Origin: Halocafeteria seosinensis
Taxonomy: Eukaryota
DNA: 64,000 nucleotides
Assembly: GCA_001687465.1 (NCBI GenBank)
Contig: LVLI01000536.1
Location: 1 to 64,000 of the forward strand
Reading direction: 5' to 3'
Shown in pieces: positions 49,801-61,200 of the stretch (position 1 is its first letter; every line of letters starts with the position of its first letter). Below the pieces are notes generated by a model, which saw only the letters and a list, made by a program, of their open reading frames with translations, ran no database searches and was not told the origin of the DNA. The translations under genes were made by a program, and so were the position numbers.

Positions 49801-50197
49801 CCTTGTAAGGATTTTATGTGACACGTGCGCAGTGAGTGGCACTGTGGAGTATGGCTACTTTGCTAACGTTTCCCTTGCCAGTCGGTTGACAAAACTGGTT
49901 GATGATCCGTTACATCTGAGAATTCCACTAACCAGCGGTGAATGGTACAAGCGACCCTTTAACCCCCTTAGCAAATGGACGCAGGCGCAGGAGTGTCAAT
50001 TTCTATTTGCCTTGGAGAATTTAGGCAGCCTGCAAATACTGGGTGATCTGACTGATGCTCATGAATCCACTCATCTTGACTCGGTCCGCATCGCGACGAC
50101 AAAGAGTCGTCCAATCCCCGGTAGCTGCTTGGAAGTGGAAAGTACAGTGGATGTCTTGGCGCCGAGCAGAACAGCCCCTATCCCGAGAGCGGGTTGA
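46819..50197 (+). CDS. Secreted mosaic surface protein: signal peptide, Ser/Thr mucin tract, cadherin/Ig-like repeats, TSP1-like, SEA-like and laminin IV-like domains
   Basis: Signal peptide MRITLLGLFYVLLINVNA and one intron (~46988-47048). About 150 aa of S/T/P-rich sequence, then CSQKCGGG...CNTFSC (TSP1-like), SRRMLS, GIDRDNDPLTFYIV and WYFQAPGKF..LAYGGHLEF (laminin IV type A-like). Confidence 0.75.
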
Positions 50198-50414
50198 AAT
50201 CAAGAACAAAATCACCGAGGTAGTACTTACGATATATTTAGAGAGATTTGGTTTTCATGCTTTGAACAACTACCCTTAATGCAGCCATCGCGGCACTACT
50301 CTACAGACATGTTATCAGATTCTGCTATTGACAAGAGAAAACGCTTATTGAGGCCACATTGACGCATCAAGGACACCTCTACTACCAGATGCGTCATCCA
50401 AACTTCTTCCACCT

Positions 50415-51671
50415 TTATGCTCTGTTATTCATATTCAACAGTATACCACTGCTCTCGTTGCTTGGAAGGTAAGTGACGTTGCGACTTCTTGCAAGGGTCT
50501 TGGCGATATCTCTGGCTGCGTCAATGCGCTTGACATCAATAAGACCAGTTCCATGTTTCGCCAACGCTTTTGATATTTTATCAGCTGCCTCACTTTCACC
50601 ATGCGCTCTTATAATGGATGCCTCTTTTTCTCGTTCGGCTTTAAGCACAACAAATTTAGACCTCTCCGCGTCTTGCTGGGCCACCTGCTTTGACTCAATC
50701 GCCTTTGTAAATTCACGCCCAAAAGTCAAGTGTGTAATGGACACATCATCTAATATTATCTTGAAGTCCCCTGCTCTTTCGTCGAGAGCTTCTCTTATTT
50801 GTTTGGAGACTTTCTCTCGCTCTGTTAATAGTTTTTCAGCATCGAATTGAGCTACAGTTGCTTTAAGAACTTCGTTGCATATAGACGGCAATACTCGCTC
50901 ATCCCAATCTTCTCCAAGCTGCCTGAAAATTTCTGGAAGGTGCTCCGGTATCGGTCTTGACAGTACACGGAGACTAATGGTGACTTGCTGTAGATCCTTG
51001 GTTCCTGTTCGGCTGGAAATCACTCGCGGCCTCATTCGGATATTGAAAATATAAGGGTACTGCGAGAATGATAATAATGGATCTCAATCACACGCGATTC
51101 AGGAGAAAAAATTCGCTTCCGAGTATTGTACGTACATGAATCCAAGGCATCCGTAAATGAGTTCCTTCGCCTTTGACTTCCTCCTCAACACCATTGAATC
51201 GGTGCCAAATGACAGCGCGTTCACCACCATCGACTGCAAGACCAAGCATACACAAAATAACATAAAATGATACCACTGAGCTTTGCATCATGCTTTCTTT
51301 TCTATGTGTGTCTATGGTGCATGAATGAACATGAAGTTGAAGTTTCCCTTTCCACAGGGGCGAAAGAACGACAAAAGACATGATGACACCCACTCCCCTC
51401 GACTTTTCCCCTGGCTGACGGCCCCGCGGTATTTCCGTCAGCTCCATGGAGTGTACACTTTCCAATGGGTCTTATGAACGAAATCAGGGTTCGAACAGCA
51501 TTGAAAAGTACTCTAAAGCTAGAGGAGAGCTCGAAAGCAGTCCTCTGCCGAGTAGAAAGCGGTGGATCAGAAGGTTGACGTACCATTGTAAAGGCAGAAT
51601 TGGGCGGCAGCGCCAGCAGCGCTTACCCCAGCACCAACAGCAGCTATGCGGTTGAATAATTTCGAAGCCAT
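50415..51671 (-). CDS. PHB1: Prohibitin (PHB1-type), 3 exons
   Basis: [77 protein letters not shown] and [11 protein letters not shown]. Confidence 0.92.
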
Positions 51672-51894
51672 GTCTTCCTTTCTACTTGTTCGGAAACGGG
51701 GGTCAAATTAGCACGATAGAGCCGTCCAAAGACCCGGAAACTTCGTACACTGGCCAAGTGTCAGAAGCTCGCCAGTGGCCACGACCAACACGACAAACTT
51801 TACTGCTACTATGCAATCATTTCTTTGTCTTGCGCACCAACGCGCAACTTCAACGAGTGGTCCGGTGGGTGTTTCGGTCGCACCGGACTTGTAT

Positions 51895-51910
51895 CCGTGC
51901 CATGGCACGG
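51895..51910. promoter_or_regulatory. Perfect 16-nt palindrome CCGTGCCATGGCACGG in the divergent PHB1/dynein intergenic region
   Basis: Seen directly. Related half-sites lie upstream of other genes at 17964-18009 and 40002-40060. The regulatory role is inferred. Confidence 0.45.
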
Positions 51911-52224
51911 GCAGGAACCGGAGGCTCCAAGTGAATCAAGGTTTTTTTTGCAATGTTTTAGATACCTTCTGAGGCAGAACGTTGATGCATTGGATCTATC
52001 AATTTTTCCCATTCTGTCCTGCCTTTGCAAGAACGTTATACATCTGAAACCGTGGTTTCAAACATTGGAGCCTCTGTGCCGCCTCCCGGCCATTACCGTT
52101 AGATCCCGCCAAGGCGGCTTTTCAGTCCACACACCTCTATTCCCCAGATTTCCTGCTTACTTTTCCATTGGGAGCCTCTTGACGGGGCCTGTGCACCTTT
52201 GCGAACTCTTAGAGCGTTTGAAAG

Positions 52225-55200
52225 ATGGCTTCCAATGGGTCAGGAAGACACCCACAACGAGGTGTGTACAGTGATTTCTCGCAGTCAGCGTCCCCACAGG
52301 GCGTTCGCGGTCCTGCAGAGCATATAATTGAAAAACGTCAAGTGATGCCTTTGGGATCCTCCCAGCAACAGTATCTCAATGGTGGGACGCGCTCCAGCCC
52401 GACGCGAAATTTGCACCCGGCGGCCGAAGTGCCGGTGGATAAACGATTGGCGCCCAAAGTCTTTGTCCCCCATGAACGTCGTGCTGGGCAAGCGCCGCGC
52501 AAAATTGAAGTGGAACGCAAGAAGCGCTACTACGCCAAGCAAAACATCGAGGAACTACTGCGGCAACATGGTATCGACTTTAGCCAACCTAACGCTGGAC
52601 AGGAACTTCAGGTGAACCTGGGTAACATGACTGATGGCACGGATTCCAAATCGGCTTCTGAAGATGGTGCTCAAGGACTTCCATCCTTTGCACACTTATT
52701 GCCGTTGGAGGCGTTTGATAACGCAGAGTATGAAGAGCGGACGCCTGAAGATTGGATTGCTATGGGAAAAGACGATGATGGTAATCAGCAAGGTGTACCG
52801 GCCAAGGCTCTCCGAATATATGATCCTGAAGAAGGCACCGGCCGATGGGAACCCGTAGATGTCGTTGACTATGATGTCAACAGTGATAAGTTTACCGTAA
52901 GGTGGAAATCTAGTGACCGTTCCAAAGGGAAACGCCGAAATGCTAGTGAGAGGAAACTGCAAGAGTCCGAGAAGGGATCATATCAAGAGTCCGAGAAGGG
53001 ATCATATGAAGATTTCTCCCAAATCGAGCGACTGTACATCTGTTTCGCGGCTGAGAATCCGTTTAACTTTGCTCGGCGCGTTGCTGATGCATTTGAAGCC
53101 CGGAAAGAAGCAGAGCGTCGACTACGATACAACCTTTATGTTGATTGTATGCCTGCAGATGACGTGCCCGGGCTGGATGCTGAACAGATAAACCGAATTC
53201 TAACGAACGCCACCGCTACTCGGAGCCTGCAATCAGTCGGGGTCGATGCAACGTCTCTCGTCAATGAAGTAAACATTGATTTTCAACGAACGATGAACAA
53301 GATTTTGTTTGACTCAGCCTGCGAAGAAAAACAGAATCAAGGGCTGATGCCGCTTGTTCGACCACCCAAGGACACTTCTTCTTCTGGGGCTCAACGATCG
53401 GTTCCAGTGCAAGGTGTCGTGCCGATTCCCCAGCATAACTTCGCTGATCACTTTTCTAATTTCAGTTTCCACACTCATTTTACACTTAGAGAAACGATTC
53501 GATCCATGGTAAAACTATCATCAGAAAATGCAAGAATCCGTGAGGCAGCTGCAGGCACGGCGGTCGTGCCGCATGACTCGGTTGGTGTTTTACCGCATGA
53601 TATTACCCTCCCGAACCAAGGGGCGGTGGAGCGATGGAAAAAATCCAGTTTAACTCTGGGGTCTTCCGTATTTGAAAGCACAAATATAAGTAACACGCAT
53701 TCCTTTCTTGTGTTTGGATCTTCAACACCGATGAAGTTGGAAGACTTCACCCAAACGCAGTCCCAAGCCGCGACTTCGTTTGCCACAATGCTCCGAGAAC
53801 AATACGTCGCGAACGTCCGCACTCACCTTCGTCACGAACTCGAAGGATTAGGCAAGGGATGGTATAATTTGAAGGAAAAATCTAAAGAAATCTACGACTT
53901 TAGCAAGCTGAAACGGCTGTTAACAATGGTCAATTTCCGAATGCAAGATACCCTTCGATCGGCTGCCATCGATACGTTACACGGGTATGTGAACTTCATG
54001 ACAATGATGGCGGAAGGACAATTCGAGGTGAAACAGCCTAACAATGTATCTATTGACTACTCTAAGACTTGCTTAGGCACAGCTGAAAAACGCAAACAGA
54101 AAGCCCCGTTGTTCTCTGTAGATATGCTGATTGTTGAACGCGAAAAGCAAGAAACTGGGGAAGAAAAGAAAGCGGCCGATGGTGAAAACGATGGAGAAAA
54201 CTCAAAGGAAGAAGGCAAAGATAAGGAGAACGAGAAGCCACACGCAGAACAGAAGCAGAAACAGAAGGAGCAAGAAAAAGGCCACGATGAAAGACAACGC
54301 CGGAAGAGCAGCGAAGAAGATGAAGAAGCAGAGGAAGAAGTTGAAACCGAATACCGTATCGAATTCGCCACAGAAATTGATAGGTTCCTTTCAGCGCCTT
54401 GCGATGCTTTGGAAAATAACCTGAGTGCTACCAGAGGCCTCATTACTGTGGAGCGAAAGCTGATGGACCGATTGTTTTGGAGCCATGATCCTACTCTTGG
54501 AGGTATATATTTTGAGGAACAATGGGTGGAAGACCTCTACTATAAATTGAATGCGGCATTGCGTCCTCACAAAGCCATAATGGAGAAATACCGTGCTACG
54601 TTTGAAAAATACAAAAACTTTCTGCAATTTGATATGGAGGACTTTATGGATGAAATTAGGGAAAAAATGGAAACTAATTTCAATCTGTCTTCGTTGAAAC
54701 AAATGATAAAGAAGCATCGTGAGGATGCCGTTTCTGTTGGAAACGAAATTCCAAAATCAATCGACCTAGGGCTGTTCCGCGTGGTCACCTCTGAAGTCCG
54801 GAACTTCCTCATACAGAAACATGAAGAGGTTTCCAATCGCATTCTCGAATACATTGCAGAATATGCAACTGATACGAGCAACGAAATTATCCAATCCTTC
54901 AAGGACATGGACAAGGCCCTTAGCGTCTTTCCTAAGGACATTGAACAGCTTACTGATATCAAGGAATATATGAAGGGTGTCCCGGAAAAGACTCGTGAAC
55001 TACAGAAAAAGATTGATGCAAATGCCATGTGCTATCAGACTCTCGAAGAGTTCCGATATCCTCTGGAGAAGGAAAAGGTTGAGTTGCGTTGGCAGGCGGC
55101 ATCTGGCCCGAAGTCCATTTATGAGCGCATGGAAAGTGTGAGCGAGACACTGGAAACCGAAAAACAACGCTACCTTCAGGAAATGACTTCGGAGCAAGAG

Positions 55201-58200
55201 GACTTCGAAGAAACATTGAACACCCTTCGCGGTGAAGTGTTGAATTTAAGTAGCTACACAGAACTTGATAAAGTGAATGAAGTGTCGAACCACGTGGCTA
55301 GTCTCAAGAAGCAGATCGAGGAGGCTAAGGAGAAAGCCGCTTTATTCAACCATCGGGAGCAGTTATTTGGCAAGCCCGTCACCGAGTATGAACGTCTGAC
55401 AGAGATATCGAAATCTTTCGAACCATATTGTACACTGTGGGAGACGGTTGCTAACTGGATGAAGTGGCACAAGTCATGGATGAACGACCCATTTCTCTCC
55501 TTGGATCCGGAGCAAATGGAAAAGCAGCATTCCCAGTGCGAGAAAAATATGCACCGTAGTGTCAAAGCTTTTGAGCGGATGGGGATTAAGCCCTGCCTAG
55601 ACATTGCCCAGGAAATCAAAAAACAAGTGGAAGACTTTAAACCCTCCATACCGTTGGTACAGGGACTTAGGAACCCTGGGATGCGTGAGCGACATTGGGA
55701 AGCTCTCTCGGAGGCTGTTGGTTTCAAGGTTGAACCTGATGAAAAGTTTACGCTTCATGATGTGTTTGATCTTGGTCTGCAAGACCACGTGGAGACAATC
55801 ACGAAGATTGGGGAACGGGCAGGTAAAGAGTACCAAATAGAGAAAGCGTTGGACAAGATGGAATCCGAATGGCAAGATGTCAATCTTGATGTAGTGCCGT
55901 ATCGAAATACTGGTACATATATTCTCCGTGGAGTTGATGAACTACAAGCGCTCCTTGATGAACACATTACCATGACGTCCGCTATGGCTTTCTCAGCCTT
56001 CAAGAAGCCATTCGCTGAACGTATTGACAAATGGCAGTCTACGCTAAACACGGTGTCTGACGTCCTTGATGAATGGATCAAAGTTCAACGTTCTTGGCTT
56101 TACTTACAGCCGATTTTTGATAGCGAAGACATTCAGAAGCAGCTTCCCAAAGAATACAAAAGGTTCTCAACTGTGGATAAGAACTGGCGAGCTACGTTAA
56201 GCAGCGCTAAGGCCAATTCGAAGGCGATTAAATTTTGCAATAACGCGAAGCTTCTAGAGAAATTCCAAGAGAGTAATACATTTCTCGAACTTGTACAGAA
56301 GGAGCTTAGCGATTATTTGGAGACCAAAAGAGCTGCGTTTGCTCGCTTTTACTTCTTGTCTAATGACGAGCTCCTGGATATCTTGTCGTCTACCAAAGAT
56401 CCTCGCGCTGTTCAAGGCCATTTGAAGAAATGCTTCGAAGGGTTGAACAAAGTCGAGTTTACTGAGGATAATCTCATTATCAAGTTTATGTCAGAGCAGG
56501 GCGAAAAGATTGATTGCGTGAGCTCTGTAGACCCGAAGGACAAGAATGTCGAGGTATGGATGAACGAAGTCGAAGCGCAAATGCGGGAATCCATCAAGCA
56601 TGTATTATGGCGCGCTATTTGTGACTACACCGAACGCCCGAGAAACGACTGGATTCAGAAGTGGCCGGCTCAATGTGTGTTGAATGGGAGCCAACTTCAC
56701 TGGACTCGCGAAGTGGAAGAAGGTATTCAGGAAGCTGGTGCTGCTGGAGTTAAGCAGTGCTATGACAGACAGCTTGAGCAGCTACAAGACATGGTGAAAC
56801 TTGTACGGGGGCGTTTAGATAAACTAACGCGGACGCAAATTGGAGCCTTGGCTGTGCTTGATGTTCACGCTCGTGATGTAACGAAGAAGCTGGTTGAAGC
56901 CGAAGTAGGCGAAATGAATGACTTCGACTGGATCAGTCAAATGCGGTATTACTGGACTGAAGGCGAAGAAGAAGGTGACATGCGCGTGCAGATGCTGTCA
57001 GCGGACCGTCCATACGGCTATGAGTACTTGGGCAATACTGGGCGTCTGGTCATTACACCCTTGACGGATAAATGCTACCTTACTCTAATGGGGGCTGTCC
57101 AAATGAATCTCGGTGGTGCTCCGGCTGGTCCTGCAGGAACGGGCAAAACTGAGACCGTAAAGGATTTAGCCAAAGCCATCGCCCGTCAGTGTGTTGTCTT
57201 TAACTGCTCTGATGGTCTTGACTACATGGCAATGGGGAAGTTTTTTAAGGGTCTAGCCGCGTGCGGTGCTTGGGCATGCTTTGACGAGTTTAACAGGATT
57301 GATGTGGAAGTTCTGTCAGTGGTTGCGCAGCAGCTGATGACCCTTCAAAATGCCGTGGAGCAGGGACTTACTCAAATTATATTCGGAGACAGTGAAATCA
57401 AGGTGGATGCTCAGTACGGTGCATTCATTACGATGAACCCGGGGTATGCCGGCAGAACCGAGCTACCTGATAACTTGAAGGCGCTGTTCCGTCCTGTCGC
57501 GATGATGGTTCCGGATTATGCCTTGATTGCTGAAATTATGTTGTTTTCCTTTGGTTTCGACAAGGCAATGGACTGTGCTCGGAAGATGGTTGCAACATTC
57601 AAACTCTGTTCAGAACAGTTATCGGCGCAGGACCACTACGATTACGGGATGCGGGCTGTGAATACCGTTATTACGGCTGCTGGTAATCTCAAAAGGCAGG
57701 ATCCAGAAATGGACGAAGACGTACTTGTTTACAGAGCTATTCAAGACGTTAACTTACCGAAGTTTTTGGCCCATGACATCCCTCTCTTCCAGGGTATTCT
57801 TAGCGATTTATTCCCCGGAATAGAGCGCCCTACTATAGATTATGGTGACTTAATGCAGTCACTGACGTATTGCACTGAGCAGAGAGAATTACAACCAGTG
57901 CCCATTTTCTTGACCAAGTGCTTGCAACTGTATGAGACTATCATCGTGCGCCATGGTCTGATGGTAGTTGGGCCAACCGGAGGAGGAAAGAGCTCAATTA
58001 TCAACGTCCTCTCCGATGCTTTGAGTTTGATGGCTGAGAAGTCTAAGAGCGGCCCAATGGTGCATAACGTTCAAAAATACTTTCTGAATCCGAAGAGTAT
58101 TACCATGGGTCAACTGTATGGTGAATTTGATCCCAATACGCATGAGTGGTCTGACGGTATTCTTGCGGGATTGGTTAGGAAGTGTGCGGACAGTGATAGC

Positions 58201-61200
58201 CCCAATCTTAAGTGGCTGATTTTCGATGGGCCGGTAGATGCACTCTGGATTGAAAACATGAACACGGTGCTTGATGACAACAAGAAATTGTGTCTTGTTT
58301 CAGGGGAAATCATTAAGCTTTCTTCCACAATGGAGGTCATGTTTGAGGTCGAAGATCTGTCAGTTGCTTCCCCTGCAACTGTTTCTCGATGTGGTATGGT
58401 TTACACTGAGCCGAGCTCGATGGGACTAAGCCCATTGATTCAGAGCTGGCTTGAGTCGTTGCCAAAATTCGTTACAAGCAAGATGAAAGCTGAGCTGCAA
58501 ACTCTCTTCGATCAATTCTTGCCTGGCACACTTTATTTCTTAAGACGCTATTTGATAGAGCCTGTGCCTACCGTCGATAATCAGCTGCTCCATTCACTGA
58601 TGCACTTGCTAGACTGCCAGTTCGAACCCTTCGTTGAAAAGGAAGGTCGTGATCCGCCCACGAAGAAGCAGCTCGATGCCTTGGAGGAAAGCTTACCTGC
58701 CCTCTTCATGTTCAGTTTTGTATGGTCAGTAGGCGCCAGTACCGACAACAATGGCCGCGAGAGACTCGACGCGTTCATCCGTGCTACAATGGATCAATAC
58801 CAGTTCAAGTTCCCGTTTCCGAAAGAAGGGTCAATTTACGACTACTGCTGGGAGTGTCCGCAGTCTATGTTCGATATATTCCGGCGAAACGGACAGGATC
58901 CTCCTGAAACTGCCGAAGAATGCAAAGGCAAGTGGGTGCCGTGGTTGGAAACAGCTCCAGAATACCAGTTCCCAAACAAGCCGTCGTTCGAGGAATTAAT
59001 TATCCCGACAAAAGACACTATTCGTTACAAAGCTCTCGGCCGTGCACTGGTTACCAATGGCTACTACACGATGATGACGGGTGACACGGGAACTGGGAAA
59101 ACCGTGAACATCATGGATCTGTTGACGAAGGATTTGCCAGAGAGTTATGTGCCGTTGACTATCTCGTTCTCTGCTCAAACGTCTGCGAATCAAACACAAG
59201 ATTTGATTGATAGCAAGTGCGAAAAGAGGCAGCGAGGAATTTATGGACCGACTGTTGGAACTTATTATGTCCTCTTTGTCGACGATTTTAACATGCCTCA
59301 GCGGGAAAAATATTTCGCTCAGCCTCCCATTGAACTGCTCCGCCAGTGGTGTGACTATCGTGGGTGGTTCGATCGCAAAGAGCGAACATTCCGGAAAATT
59401 GTTGACACAATATTGGTGGCGGCAATGGGCCCTCCGGGGGGTGGTAGGAACCCTGTTACACCGAGGATGATTCGACACTTTAATCTCGTTAACTACACTC
59501 CCATGGATAACGACAGTATGTTTAAGATCTTCAACACGATTCTGAAGAATTTCCTGAAGAACTTTGCAGAGCCTATTGCGGATATCGGTGATTCGCTTAC
59601 ACAGGCTACCATTGACGTATACACCACTATTGCTGCTGAACTTTTGCCGACTCCGACCAAACCACACTATATGTTCAACTTACGAGATCTTGGAAAAGTT
59701 TTCCAAGGACTGCTAATGGCCAATCCATCCAAAATGGAAGAAGCTGATGAGTTCCTGCGGCTATGGGTCCACGAATCGAGAAGAGTGTTCAAGGACCGTC
59801 TCATCAATGATGAAGACGGGTCATGGTTTGACAATCTGCTCGAAACGCAGTTGAACAAGTACGCTGAGCAGTCTTTCCAGAAGATTGGAGTCGGAAAGCG
59901 TTTGATCTTTGGTGACTATATGGTTCCTGGCGCCGATCCAAAAGTCTACGAGGAAGTGCGGGACATGGATAAAATTGTCCCAACGATTGAAGAGTATCTT
60001 CAGGACTACAATGCTGAAAGCAAAACTCCAATGAAACTAGTAATGTTTATTGATGCTATCGAACATGTATCTCGAATCAGCCGTATTTTGAGGCAGCCTC
60101 AGGGGAACGCACTCCTCCTTGGAGTTGGCGGTAGTGGTCGACAAAGCTTGAGTCGGCTTGCGACATTCATGGCCGATTACAACATTTTCCAGATCGAGGT
60201 TAGCAAAGGATACGGCAAGAATGAATGGAAGGAAGACATCAAGAGTTGCCTGATGAAGGCTGGTGTGGAGCAGAAGCAAATTGTGTTCCTGTTCAACGAT
60301 ACCCAAATCGTGTTTGAGGGGATGATAGAAGACATCAACAGTATCCTAAACTCAGGTGATGTTCCGAACTTATACTCTACTGAGGACATGGACACTATCA
60401 TTCAGGCGTGCCGCCGTGAGTGCGTCTCACGTCGAATTGCACCGACGAAGATTAATATTTTTTCGCAATATTTGCGAAGAGTTAGAGCGAATATTCATGT
60501 CGTTGTCTGTATGAGCCCTATGGGTGAGGCGTTCCGAGACCGTCTGCGTATGTTCCCCGCTCTCGTCAATTGCTGCACTATTGACTGGTTCAGTGAATGG
60601 CCCGACGAGGCGCTTCGATCGGTAGCCCACTCGCAGCTGGAAGATATGAATCTGAACCTTGGCGACCATACGGCGAGTTGTGTTGAATTCTTCCGAGTGG
60701 TTCATCAAAGCGTGACGGAAGCCTCCAAGGAGTATTACGAAACGCTGCGCAGGTACAACTATGTAACTCCGACGTCCTACTTGGAGTTGCTGTCGACGTT
60801 TGGTTCGGTCCTCCAGAGGAAACGCAACGAAGTGGATACTCTGCGTCAGCGTTTGCAAACTGGTCTAGACAAACTTGTTTCCACCCAACAAACCGTTGAA
60901 CAATTACAGGAAGAGCTAACAGAAATGGAGCCCCAGCTTAAGGAGACGCAAAAAGAAGTGGACGAAATGATCGTGCAGATTGACAAGGACAAAGCAGACG
61001 CTGCTGAAACAAAAGAAGTCGTTGAAAAAGAGGAGCAACAGGCGTCGAAAATGGCTGAGGAAACTAAAGCAATCGCAGATGATGCTCAGGCGGACTTGGA
61101 TAAAGCACTTCCAGCTCTTGATGAGGCTGTAAAGTGTTTGAAGGACCTGAAGAAGAATGATATTGACGAGCTCAAGAGTCTAAAGCAGGCGCCGAAGGGC

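Noticed and set aside
51380..51418. Plus-strand ATGATGA...CTGA resembling C/D snoRNA boxes
   Set aside because: It is antisense to the host gene and too short (~40 nt) for a typical C/D snoRNA.
51460..51500. GAACC-CTGAT in the prohibitin intron resembling a TPP riboswitch core
   Set aside because: The CUGAGA and AAUGC..GCG..GG elements are missing, and the host gene is unrelated to thiamine.
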